From NCBI GenBank assembly GCA_902778125.1, contig CACYWH010000002.1:68075-132074 (forward strand): a stretch of DNA of 64,000 nt. Direction: 5' to 3'. The notes beneath the pieces were generated by a model. The model had not been told where the DNA came from. It did not search any database and worked only from the letters and a program-made list of their open reading frames with translations. Position numbers and translations under genes: made by a program. Source of the stretch: an uncultured Erysipelotrichaceae bacterium. Its GTDB lineage: Bacteria > Bacillota_I > Bacilli_A > RF39 > UBA660. Positions 29,676 to 39,015 of the stretch are shown here, piece by piece. Position 1 is the stretch's first letter; each line of letters opens with the position of its first letter.

Positions 29676-29704
29676 AATCCTTTCAATTTAATATTGAAAG
29701 GATT
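29676..29704 (-). promoter_or_regulatory. Perfect 11-bp inverted repeat sequestering the sigG ribosome-binding site
   Basis: Minus strand AATCCTTTCAA-TATTAAA-TTGAAAGGATT immediately precedes TTAATATG. The GAAAGGA Shine-Dalgarno lies in the 3' arm. A comparable RBS-occluding stem-loop upstream of spoIIIG has been described in B. subtilis. Confidence 0.5.
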
Positions 29705-29721
29705 TACATTTTTTTATTCAA

Positions 29722-29964
29722 TTAATCTAATTTAATATTTTTTGCCAAAAGGGCTAGTACATCTGGATCTGTTACTTCTTTAACCATAAATTTTCCATCT
29801 TTTTCTACTCTTTCTAGAAAAATGAATTGATTAGTAAAATCCTCTCCACTATTAGCAACTTCAGCACCAAAATAATATGTAGTGCCTTTATAAGCTGCTT
29901 GTCTTAATACAAAGTACTTTTTACCATCTTTTAACTCTAAAACTTGATTAGTTAAATTTTCCAT
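29722..29964 (-). CDS. DUF1292 family protein (YrzB-like)
   Basis: 80-aa protein whose sequence pattern matches the DUF1292 fold. Sits directly upstream of sigG. Confidence 0.55.
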   Translation of the reverse strand: MENLTNQVLELKDGKKYFVLRQAAYKGTTYYFGAEVANSGEDFTNQFIFLERVEKDGKFMVKEVTDPDVLALLAKNIKLD

Positions 29965-29983
29965 TCTTTTTTCCTCCCTACAA

Positions 29984-31927
29984 TTATGGCCTAATTAATT
30001 TTTGCCAGTCAAATGAAGCAATTTCCTCATTGTTTTGATCTTGTATTTCTTGATAATATTCAGGTGAATTATATTCAGGAGCCATTAAATCTTCAGCGGC
30101 AACACCATTTAAAGCTGCTAGAGCATTTTGAGCTTCATCATAACTCATGCTTTTACTTGCTTCTTCAAATGACTTTTCATCACCTGTTTTCTTAGGTTCC
30201 TCAGGTAATTTCAAATCCTCTTCATCCACTTTACTATAAGTTTTGCCATCTATTTTTGTCTCATCCAAATCTACATGACCACCATAACTTTCACTACCAT
30301 CTGGATTAGTAACAGTTACATCTCCATCATGATTAACTTCAACTTTAGTAGTTTGACCATTTTCATCTGTAGATGTTGATACAACAATTTCATCTTCAGC
30401 TAAATATATTGGTAAACCATTTTCCTTTTCAAAATCAGTTCTATCATCAGGTTTTTCTGGTTCACTTGGCTTTTCAGGCTCGCTTGGTGTTGAAGGCTCA
30501 CTTGGTGTTGAAGGCTCTACATCCTCATGCGTGGGACCGGACTCTTGTCCTTGTCCGTCAATCACTTCACTTTCCTTGTTCTCATCTTCTTTTGTTTCAT
30601 CATCAATTTGCTTATTTTCAAATTTATCTAGTAATTTATTTGCATTTCTTGCCATAATTCCAGTATGAACAGCAATTGCTCCTAAGAATGCTGTAGCAGC
30701 TGCTAATAAAGCAGTACCAATTTTCTTCCATAGATTTGCAGGTGGATCAGATACTCTTTCAACTTCTACTAAATCATTTTCAAATTTATTATCTGCTGTT
30801 TCATCTTTATCATCTACAGGCATTGGAGGTAATTCCTCAGGTGTTTCCTCTACTGGAGGTAATTCATTTTCCTTATTATTACCAGCAGCAATTTCCTCTG
30901 GTGAAGGTGGTAATCCTTCTAATTCATCTTCAACAACAGGTGCTTCTTTTTCAACTGGTGTTATTCCAGTTAATGGAGTTTCCTCTCCTGGCATTGGAGG
31001 TAATTCCTCAGGTGTTTCCTCTACTGGAGGTAATTCTTCTACAGGATTATCAAGCTCAGGCATTTCTGGCATTGGAGGTAATTCCTCTTCTACTAATGGT
31101 TCTTCTTCGCTTGGTACTTCCTCTAACGGAGGTAACGTTTGAGATTCTAAAACAGGCTCTTCAGGTAATACTACCTCTTCTTCTGTTTCTTCAACTGGAG
31201 TACTATCTCCCATAGTTCTAGTTAATGTTGCTCCTTTTTCAACAAGTTCATCATTAACTAATTCATATGTTAATTCTCCACCATTTAATAATCTTTCAAT
31301 TTCACTTGAATATTTTTCTTTTTCTGCTTCAAGTGGAGCTTTAGCTTCTGTCAAATCTGTAACATAATCTTCATATGTTTTTAATAAATTTTCATGATAC
31401 TTTCTTTCTACTTCAGAAAGGTCAGATTCTAATAATTTCTTTTCTTTTTCAATTGCTTCTTCAGTTTCTTTAATTTTCTTATCATAATCAGCAATTTCTG
31501 CATTTACGCTGTCTAAATATTCATTTAATACTTTATTTAATCTTGATCTTTCAAATTCAGCATCTTTTAATTGTTCACGTCTTTCAGAAATAGATTTTTT
31601 AAATGGTTGAACTTTAGCTATTAAATCAATAAATTCATCTTGTGACAAGTATTTAACTTTATTAGAATTTCCACCTTGACTACTATGATTATATGCATTA
31701 TTAACATTATTTACAAACTCAGTAGCTTGAACAAATAAATCCTCTAATCTTTCTAATCTATCATTTAATACAGTAATACCAGTTTCTTCTAGATTTAAAT
31801 CCTCACTTAATAATTCTTGTAAATTTTTGTCTAATGTCTCAAATGTAGCATTTAATTCTTCAAAATTATTTAGCATTCTTTCAGTGTTTCTAACATCACG
31901 TCCAACACTATTATCATTTTCGTTCAT
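29984..31927 (-). CDS. Bitopic membrane protein: N-terminal coiled coil, Pro/Glu-rich tandem repeats, one TM helix, C-terminal extracytoplasmic domain
   Basis: Repeats ELPPVEETPEELPPMP occur twice, plus (E/S)TPSEP repeats. TM segment WKKIGTALLAAATAFLGAIAV. Start codon overlaps the stop of the upstream gene (ATGA). Confidence 0.5.
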   Translation of the reverse strand: MNENDNSVGRDVRNTERMLNNFEELNATFETLDKNLQELLSEDLNLEETGITVLNDRLERLEDLFVQATEFVNNVNNAYNHSSQGGNSNKVKYLSQDEFIDLIAKVQPFKKSISERREQLKDAEFERSRLNKVLNEYLDSVNAEIADYDKKIKETEEAIEKEKKLLESDLSEVERKYHENLLKTYEDYVTDLTEAKAPLEAEKEKYSSEIERLLNGGELTYELVNDELVEKGATLTRTMGDSTPVEETEEEVVLPEEPVLESQTLPPLEEVPSEEEPLVEEELPPMPEMPELDNPVEELPPVEETPEELPPMPGEETPLTGITPVEKEAPVVEDELEGLPPSPEEIAAGNNKENELPPVEETPEELPPMPVDDKDETADNKFENDLVEVERVSDPPANLWKKIGTALLAAATAFLGAIAVHTGIMARNANKLLDKFENKQIDDETKEDENKESEVIDGQGQESGPTHEDVEPSTPSEPSTPSEPEKPSEPEKPDDRTDFEKENGLPIYLAEDEIVVSTSTDENGQTTKVEVNHDGDVTVTNPDGSESYGGHVDLDETKIDGKTYSKVDEEDLKLPEEPKKTGDEKSFEEASKSMSYDEAQNALAALNGVAAEDLMAPEYNSPEYYQEIQDQNNEEIASFDWQKLIRP

Positions 31928-33633
31928 TATTTATTCTCCTTCTTATTTCTAATTGACATTTGTACTTTGTACTTTAATTCACCGTTGTTTTGTATATCTT
32001 CCAATGTTTCTACTTTGTAATTGTTATCTTTTAACACTTTAATCATTTCCTCAGATGTCATATAATTTGTTGTTAAATCTTTCCAACTTTCATCTGTCAT
32101 TCCAAGTATTTCTTGTAATTTGATTTTAATTCTTGATTCTATTTCTCTATTTCTTCCATCATTTGTTTTTGGATTCTTAGTAGAATAGCTTGTCCAATCA
32201 CTCCATTTAGAATCACTTGTTTTAGTTGCATCACTACTTGGTGCAACTGCAGCATAATCACTTAGTCTTGTTGTTGAATTATACCACTTATATGCATATG
32301 TTTTAGTACTTTCATCTTTAATTGCGCCACTTACAGGTGCATTTGTATAATAAATTGTTTCAGAAGAAGCACTAGAACTAAGTGATGGGTAATATTTTTT
32401 ACTTCCGTTTTCTTCTAACTTATACCATGTATAAACACAATAAGGATTGATTTTTTTACATGTGTCTAATCTTGTATCACATGACTTTTCACTATTTTTC
32501 CAATTACTATAAGTTTTACAAGTAGCACTTTGTGAACTAACTTTTCCATCTAATATGTCTTGTTCAGTTCCACTTCCACATGTCCAGAAATTATCTAGTT
32601 CATATACAAGTTCAGCATTAGCTCCAGTTCCACATTTATATAATTGATATGTTTTTACTGTAGAATTTTTACTTTTAGCACAAACATAATAATGTTTAGG
32701 TGCTGACGTGCCAGTTACTTCTCTTGTTTGATATTCAACACATACGCCACCTTCATTATATGGATAACCGCTAATAGCAGTATGGCTATACACTTTTGTT
32801 CCATTTCTATCTACTGCATACACTTTTTTAGATTCGCTTGTAAACCATTTATATGCATATGTTCCATTATCTTTTTCTGTATAACTACTATTTGGTGATG
32901 TAACATAATATTCATTTACATCACTAGCATTAGTTTTTTCGCCTTTAGAAGTATAATACTTTTTATCTTTAACATTCCATTTAAACAACTCATCTCTATA
33001 TCTATAATAAGTCGTAGTTGCTAAAGTTTTATATGAAGGATATTTAATTTCATCCTTCCATACCTCCTCTTCTTTTCCAAGTTTTTCAACAGCAGCATTT
33101 AATACTTGAGGTAAAAATTTAAAATTAACAATAGTTTGATCTTTAACTATATCAGATAAAGTTCCAACCTTAAGATTTCCATACTTCTCATTGCTATTTG
33201 CCCCAGCACATACAAGCCATGGATAATAATGCAATGTTTGATTTTCAAGTCTACACACACTTACATATGTAGCAGAAAGATTACAAGTTTCAAAATCTTT
33301 TGAATTAACTAAATTTCTATCTACCAATGCTTGTAATTCAATTTCTTCACATTCTCCAACTGCTTTAGGATAATTTAACGAATTACTTTCAAAATATCTT
33401 TTACCAGCATCAATTAACACTGATTCAAAATCAAATTTACTATTATTTTTCTTCTTTTCATCACTTCTACCATTACAGCCTTTCAATAAAACTAATAATA
33501 ATACAATTGCTAAAACTATTAACACTAATATTATTATTCTTCTTTTCATTGAAGCACTTTTTTCGGTTCTACTGTAATCATATCCATAATTATCATAATT
33601 ATTAGACATATACACCCTTCTCCCCTCATACAT
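31927..33633 (-). CDS. Type II membrane protein with large Cys-rich extracytoplasmic domain containing repeated YAYKW motifs
   Basis: N-terminal anchor RRIIILVLIVLAIVLLLVLL. More than 20 Cys in the ectodomain. YAYKWFTSE and YAYKWYNST repeat. The true start may be an internal Met. Confidence 0.5.
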   Translation of the reverse strand: MYEGRRVYMSNNYDNYGYDYSRTEKSASMKRRIIILVLIVLAIVLLLVLLKGCNGRSDEKKKNNSKFDFESVLIDAGKRYFESNSLNYPKAVGECEEIELQALVDRNLVNSKDFETCNLSATYVSVCRLENQTLHYYPWLVCAGANSNEKYGNLKVGTLSDIVKDQTIVNFKFLPQVLNAAVEKLGKEEEVWKDEIKYPSYKTLATTTYYRYRDELFKWNVKDKKYYTSKGEKTNASDVNEYYVTSPNSSYTEKDNGTYAYKWFTSESKKVYAVDRNGTKVYSHTAISGYPYNEGGVCVEYQTREVTGTSAPKHYYVCAKSKNSTVKTYQLYKCGTGANAELVYELDNFWTCGSGTEQDILDGKVSSQSATCKTYSNWKNSEKSCDTRLDTCKKINPYCVYTWYKLEENGSKKYYPSLSSSASSETIYYTNAPVSGAIKDESTKTYAYKWYNSTTRLSDYAAVAPSSDATKTSDSKWSDWTSYSTKNPKTNDGRNREIESRIKIKLQEILGMTDESWKDLTTNYMTSEEMIKVLKDNNYKVETLEDIQNNGELKYKVQMSIRNKKENK

Positions 33634-33709
33634 CTATACTACTTCATTTTATCACATTAATCACTAAGAAAACAATAGATAACATAAAAAAAGTGCAAAA
33701 AAATACACT

Positions 33710-34390
33710 TTATACTTTCATTAAATTTTTTAATTTTTTAATAACCTTTTTTTCTATTCTTGAAATATATGATTGCGATATATCAAGTTTATCAGCAAGT
33801 TCTTTTTGCGTAAGTTCCTTTTTACCAAAAAGTCCATATCTTAGTTCTATAATTTCCTTATCTCTTCCATTTAATTTTTGTATTTCTTTTTCAAGCAATA
33901 CCTTATTATCATATTCTTCAATTGATTTATGTACTATATCTTCATCAGTACCAAATACATCTTCTATATGAAGTTCATTTCCTTCACTATCTAAATTAAT
34001 TGAATCTTCAAAACTAACTTCATTCATTCTTTTTTTATTTTTCCTTAAAAACATTAATATTTCATTTTCTATGCATCTAGATGCATATGTAGCTAGCTTA
34101 ATATTTTTATCTAATTTGTATGTTTTAATTCCTTTTATTAATCCAATGGTACCGATACTAACTAAATCTTCTAAATCATAAATAGTATTATCATATTTTT
34201 TAGATAAAAATACTACCAATCTAAGATTATGCTCTATTAATTTGTTTCTAGCCTTTAAATCTCCTAAATTACTTTTAATTACTAAATCTTCTTCTTCATT
34301 CTTATCTAAAGGGGGTGGTAATATATCAGTACTACCAATAAAAAATACATCCTCTTTTTTAAAAAACTTATTTAATATTTTTTCTATCAT
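33710..34390 (-). CDS. sigE: Mother-cell sigma factor SigE (pro-sigma-E)
   Basis: Pro-sequence with FIGSTDILPPPL (B. subtilis YYIGGSEALPPPL), then near-identical regions [31 protein letters not shown] and ISQSYISRIEK. Confidence 0.9.
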   Translation of the reverse strand: MIEKILNKFFKKEDVFFIGSTDILPPPLDKNEEEDLVIKSNLGDLKARNKLIEHNLRLVVFLSKKYDNTIYDLEDLVSIGTIGLIKGIKTYKLDKNIKLATYASRCIENEILMFLRKNKKRMNEVSFEDSINLDSEGNELHIEDVFGTDEDIVHKSIEEYDNKVLLEKEIQKLNGRDKEIIELRYGLFGKKELTQKELADKLDISQSYISRIEKKVIKKLKNLMKV

Positions 34391-35122
34391 CTAATCCTCC
34401 AATAAACAATTATTAAGTAAACAATTAAATCCAACAAATTTTCTTTTCATAATACCAACTAAAATATCATTTCTTTCACCAATACCATCTATATATATTT
34501 TTTGGGGTTCAAAGCATTTAATTAAAGCAGAATTATCTATTGTTTTATATGGAACTAAAATATAATTTTCATCAATTTCTTTATTAATTATAATAACTTT
34601 TTTATTAGTAAAAGGATCTATAAGATTATTTCCAGTATCCATAAATCCATTAAAATATAGTATCTTTCCGTTTTTTAAATATATTGTAACTTTATATTTT
34701 GTTGAAACTATATTTTTTAAATTCTTAAATAAATACTTGTAATTATCAATGATTAAAGGTATTAATAATAATACATACTTATATTTAATTAAGTTTTCCA
34801 TTTTCAAATAGTATAATGTTCCACCCAACAAGAATGAAAAAGTATAAAAATATAATAGATATTTAATATATATTTTTAAATCATTAAATCCAAAAGCAAT
34901 TAATATCATTATTAATCCAATAATTATTTTAAAAATAATTAAGAAGAAATTATTAAAATTCAGGAATAAATATAAAATAGATATTTCCCCAAATAAAGAA
35001 GATAAAACAATTTTTATTCTTTTAATATTTATTTTTAAAATACAACTTGTAAAGTCCAGAATAATATAATCAATAATAAAATTTAATATCATAAGTTCAT
35101 CTAAATATATCATTTTAATCAC
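34391..35122 (-). CDS. spoIIGA: Sigma-E processing aspartic protease SpoIIGA
   Basis: Multi-TM N-terminal half and a C-terminal domain with DTG catalytic motif (FMDTGNNLIDPFT). Immediately upstream of, and abutting, sigE. Confidence 0.8.
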   Translation of the reverse strand: MIKMIYLDELMILNFIIDYIILDFTSCILKINIKRIKIVLSSLFGEISILYLFLNFNNFFLIIFKIIIGLIMILIAFGFNDLKIYIKYLLYFYTFSFLLGGTLYYLKMENLIKYKYVLLLIPLIIDNYKYLFKNLKNIVSTKYKVTIYLKNGKILYFNGFMDTGNNLIDPFTNKKVIIINKEIDENYILVPYKTIDNSALIKCFEPQKIYIDGIGERNDILVGIMKRKFVGFNCLLNNCLLED

Positions 35123-35185
35123 CTAAAAAAATTATATAAAAAAAGATAAGTATATTTTGTCGAATAAACTTATCTTTTTAATTTT

Positions 35186-36073
35186 TTAAAATAATGTTAA
35201 TTGCATTGCATTTGGTAATTCTTGTTTAATTTCAACAACTTCTTCTTTACCAAATAACTCTTCCATTTGTTTTTGTGTTAATTCTTTATTATATCTAGTA
35301 GGTATATTCTTTTTATTAAGAGGAATCATGTAATCTCTTACAAAAAATCCAAAATCTCTTAATCTTCTTCTACTAATTTGACATTCACCTTTTTCATTTC
35401 TATATAATGTTTTATCAGCATTTCTTTCTTTAATTAATTTATCAAACATACTTTTAGTAAAATAAGATAATTCAGAGTAATAATCTTCTCCTCTATCACA
35501 TAAATCTATATAATGTCTAATTTTTTCAATTTCATTAGAAACAATATGATGAAAACAAAATTCATTTGCTATTTCCCTAAAGAAATTAACATCTTTCTCT
35601 CTGGCAGAATATGATATACAATTTTTAATATAATCTCTATCTAAAAATCTTATATCTCTTTTATATAAAACAGGAATATATTTAATTCTTTTAACAACTG
35701 ATTTGCTATCTCTATCTAAACTATTTTTTTCTTCAAAATACATAATATTTATATCAGGTATAAAAGGTTTTCTTGTTCTAATTAAATCTTTATAATCTTC
35801 TATTAAAGATTCTTCGGTTTTATCCATTGTTAAATTATCTATATCAGATATTGTCATTTTAGGTGTTAGTCTATTATAAACATGGATAGAAACTCTATAT
35901 AAATCACCTGAAAACTCACATGATACATTACCAAAATAGAATTGATTTTTTCCACTTTTATTAAGTTTATCTATCATTATTAATAGTTTTTGATAATCCT
36001 CATAATTATTATAATATCTAACTTGCTCTCCACAATATTCACATAGCGAATATCTTTTAAGTTCCTTCTTCAT
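35186..36073 (-). CDS. Hypothetical cytoplasmic protein with N-terminal CxxC pair
   Basis: 295 aa. CEYCGEQ near the N-terminus. No recognisable catalytic motif. Lies where ftsZ would be expected. Confidence 0.4.
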   Translation of the reverse strand: MKKELKRYSLCEYCGEQVRYYNNYEDYQKLLIMIDKLNKSGKNQFYFGNVSCEFSGDLYRVSIHVYNRLTPKMTISDIDNLTMDKTEESLIEDYKDLIRTRKPFIPDINIMYFEEKNSLDRDSKSVVKRIKYIPVLYKRDIRFLDRDYIKNCISYSAREKDVNFFREIANEFCFHHIVSNEIEKIRHYIDLCDRGEDYYSELSYFTKSMFDKLIKERNADKTLYRNEKGECQISRRRLRDFGFFVRDYMIPLNKKNIPTRYNKELTQKQMEELFGKEEVVEIKQELPNAMQLTLF

Positions 36074-36130
36074 AACCTTACCCTCCTAATACGTAATTAA
36101 TTATATCATATTTGATACACAAAGTCAATT

Positions 36131-37054
36131 TTACTGTTTTTCAAGACTTAATATCCTATCATTTTCTCCCATTTTATCAACAATATTATTCATTTGAGAT
36201 ACGAAAAATACTTGACTGACATCATAACAATTATCATAATATTCTTTAAATAACCTTATAAATTCCATATAATTTTCTTTTCCAATTATTGCTAATAATT
36301 TTTCCTTATCAAGAGTGATTCTAGCATTAGTAATTTCACTTTGATGTTTTAAATAGAATTTTTTCATTAAAGGAATAAACATATTATAAATGGTATTAAA
36401 TTTATTAGATGGATAAAATCTATCTATATAAAAATTTCTTTTTTCTTTTAATCTTGAATAAATAATTTGAGCTTCACTTTCAGTTATACACTCTTCAAGT
36501 ATTTCTTCTCCTTTATGGTTTGAAGAAATAAGACCATCCTTTGTTTGAAGAGACTTTCCATATTTACCCTCATATAAATAAAGTGGCACAGATGTACACG
36601 CATGTATCATTTCATGGATTAACGAAGCATCATCAACAAGAAAAACTGGTATAAATATTACTCTTTCTATACTTGCTTCACCATTATCATACATGCTTAT
36701 ATAACAAGTCGAGTTATTTATTACTGCACTATTAGTTACAACAGATGCCCTATTAAATCTATTATATAAAATACCTGGCTTATTATCTTTTGATAATAAT
36801 ATTTCTTTTTTAAGTGCATTGTATGCATTTTTAATGATTTTATAATCCTTTTTAGGATTTTCTTTTTTAAACATATTCAAATTAGAAGAATACGGATTAA
36901 CATAAAAAATAAAATTGGTTTCATTAATTCTATCTCTAATTTCACTTTCATACTCATTTCCGTAGTAATTAACAAGTTCATCACATACAGCATTTATATA
37001 TTGATCAAAATTATTACTTAAATAAGACTTAAGATAGTCAAATATTTTTTGCAT
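36131..37054 (-). CDS. Hypothetical protein with HExxH zinc-metallopeptidase motif
   Basis: 307 aa with LIHEMIHACTS. No signal peptide. Own promoter TTGACT-17-TAACAT on the minus strand at 37075-37110. Confidence 0.45.
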   Translation of the reverse strand: MQKIFDYLKSYLSNNFDQYINAVCDELVNYYGNEYESEIRDRINETNFIFYVNPYSSNLNMFKKENPKKDYKIIKNAYNALKKEILLSKDNKPGILYNRFNRASVVTNSAVINNSTCYISMYDNGEASIERVIFIPVFLVDDASLIHEMIHACTSVPLYLYEGKYGKSLQTKDGLISSNHKGEEILEECITESEAQIIYSRLKEKRNFYIDRFYPSNKFNTIYNMFIPLMKKFYLKHQSEITNARITLDKEKLLAIIGKENYMEFIRLFKEYYDNCYDVSQVFFVSQMNNIVDKMGENDRILSLEKQ

Positions 37055-37173
37055 AAATACCTCTCAATTAAGTCAGTATGTTAACAAAAAGTATACAAAA
37101 AGTCAATTTTTGCTTTACTTAAACAAAAAATTATGTTAAATTATATGTGGCTTAAAAAGAGGAGGCAAATAAA

Positions 37174-37341
37174 ATGGCAAAAAATATATCAGATAGAAAA
37201 AATATGAGTTCTCAAAATAGACCTTTTTCACTTAAGGCTACTAAAAAAACTCAAAAAGTTAATTTACAAACAGTTTTAGTTGATGGTAAAAAAGTTAGAT
37301 TAACAGCTAAAGAAATCAGATCAAATAAAAAAAATAAATAA
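37174..37341 (+). CDS. Unannotated 55-aa lysine-rich small protein
   Basis: Strong RBS AAGAGGAGG 7 nt before ATG 37174. Translation MAKNISDRKNMSSQNRPFSLKATKKTQKVNLQTVLVDGKKVRLTAKEIRSNKKNK. Followed by hairpin CGATTgttaAATCG plus T-run. Absent from the ORF track because it is shorter than 60 aa. Confidence 0.5.
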   Translation: MAKNISDRKNMSSQNRPFSLKATKKTQKVNLQTVLVDGKKVRLTAKEIRSNKKNK

Positions 37342-37361
37342 TCGATTGTTAAATCGGTTTT

Positions 37362-38240
37362 TTATTTTATTATTTCTTGTTCAAGTACTAAATCAATATT
37401 GTATTTCTCTTTTACTTTTAATTTTATATAATTTATTAATTCTATAATATCTTCTGAAGAAGCATTTCCACTATTAATTATAAAATTTGCATGAATATTA
37501 CTAATCATAGCATCATTAATATGATAGCCTTTTAATCCTAAATCATCTATTAATTTGCCTGCTGGAACATCAGTGGGATTTCTAAAAACACTTCCACATG
37601 ATGGATGAGACAAATCTTGAGTTTGAATTCTTCTATTTGTTCTATCAATTACTAAATCCTTTAATTCTTTTTTATCTGATTTAGTAATTTTTAATTTACA
37701 TGATAATATTATTAATTTTTTATTAGATTTAAAAACTGAATCTCTATATTCAAATTGTAATTCGGAGTTTGAATATTCTTTTATCTCTTTTCCATCATAT
37801 ACAAGTGCACTTATTAACACGTCTGATATAGAAGACTTGTATGCTCCAGCATTATTATAAACTGATCCCCCAATAGTACCAGGTATTCCTGTTGCCCACT
37901 CTAAAGCAGAATATCCCAAATTAACAAGTTCTTGAGCAAGCTTATTAATCATCACTCCAGCTTCAGCATATACATAATCATCAAATATTTCATATTTACT
38001 TAAATTATTAAGTTTAATAATCACACCATCATAATATTCGGGTAATATTACATTTGAACCATTTCCTAATATTAAATATTTAAAACTATACTTATTAACT
38101 ACATCTAATATATTTTTAACATCAGCAAAAGAAGTAGGAAAAACCATATATTTTCCTACTGAATGAATCCTATAAGTATTATGACTTGTTAAATCAACAT
38201 CATATTCTACTTTACAAATTTTATTTAATTCTTCTTCCAT
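37362..38240 (-). CDS. murB: UDP-N-acetylenolpyruvoylglucosamine reductase
   Basis: FAD-binding domain (LILGNGSN) and C-terminal MurB motifs (SCGSVFRNP). Confidence 0.85.
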   Translation of the reverse strand: MEEELNKICKVEYDVDLTSHNTYRIHSVGKYMVFPTSFADVKNILDVVNKYSFKYLILGNGSNVILPEYYDGVIIKLNNLSKYEIFDDYVYAEAGVMINKLAQELVNLGYSALEWATGIPGTIGGSVYNNAGAYKSSISDVLISALVYDGKEIKEYSNSELQFEYRDSVFKSNKKLIILSCKLKITKSDKKELKDLVIDRTNRRIQTQDLSHPSCGSVFRNPTDVPAGKLIDDLGLKGYHINDAMISNIHANFIINSGNASSEDIIELINYIKLKVKEKYNIDLVLEQEIIK

Positions 38241-38770
38241 TAATTAAAATACTCTTCTATTTTATCACTACCAGTAATGTATTTAACAATACTTCCATTC
38301 TTAAATCTAATAAGAGTTATATCATTTATCTTAAGTTCACTAGCGTTTTTTGCATTTGAATTACTAGTATCTGAAACATAAGTAGCATTTTCACCTTTGC
38401 TCATATCAACTTTATAAACAGGTAATTTTGCTTTTTCAGATACAATATTATTAGTATATGGATATTTATTTTTAGTATAATCATCATATATTACAAAATA
38501 TTCGCTTTCTTTTCTATTGAAGGAAGTTCCTATAAGAATATTTTCATAACTTATTGTAGTTTCTTCTTTACTTGGTTTAGTATATCCTTTATCAAATGTT
38601 CCTAACCAATCCATACCTAATACACATAAATAAAATGCTCCAATAAAAATCAATACACTTACTATAGTAGTAATTACTGATTTTAATTTTAAATCACTAA
38701 CCTCTTCTTTTTGCTTATTTCTTTCTCTCTTTGGACTTTTATACTTTAATTTCATTGTACTTTTTGCCAT
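38240..38770 (-). CDS. N-terminally anchored membrane protein, unknown function, translationally coupled to murB
   Basis: Basic N-terminus, one TM helix, extracytoplasmic domain. Stop overlaps the murB start by 1 nt. Confidence 0.45.
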   Translation of the reverse strand: MAKSTMKLKYKSPKRERNKQKEEVSDLKLKSVITTIVSVLIFIGAFYLCVLGMDWLGTFDKGYTKPSKEETTISYENILIGTSFNRKESEYFVIYDDYTKNKYPYTNNIVSEKAKLPVYKVDMSKGENATYVSDTSNSNAKNASELKINDITLIRFKNGSIVKYITGSDKIEEYFN

Positions 38771-39015
38771 AAATCATCTTCTCCTCATAGAAATTATAGC
38801 ATAATTCCATTAAATATATCAATTATTTGTTGATTTTTCTTAATTTTTATTATATACTTTATTAAGTATTTATTTGGCAGTGCCAAAAAGATTATAATGT
38901 GTTTCTTTGAAAAAAGTATAAGTAACTTCTGCCAAAGCGAAAGTAACAAGAAACTCCCTATAATTATAATGGTGGCCTTTAATACAAATATTTTGTAGAA
39001 GGAGGAACAAATACA

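Noticed and set aside
30440-31110. Tandem DNA repeats considered as a possible CRISPR array or minisatellite
   Set aside because: The repeat units are unequal in size, are in-frame and fall inside a continuous ORF encoding Pro/Glu peptide repeats. There are no unique spacers and no cas genes.
30013-31215. Three plus-strand ORFs (60, 94 and 159 aa) rich in Leu/Gln/His opposite the Pro/Glu-repeat gene
   Set aside because: They are mirror images of the GAA/CCA-rich repeat coding sequence on the minus strand. The minus-strand frame is the one with a start codon, overlap-coupling to the upstream gene, and a TM helix.
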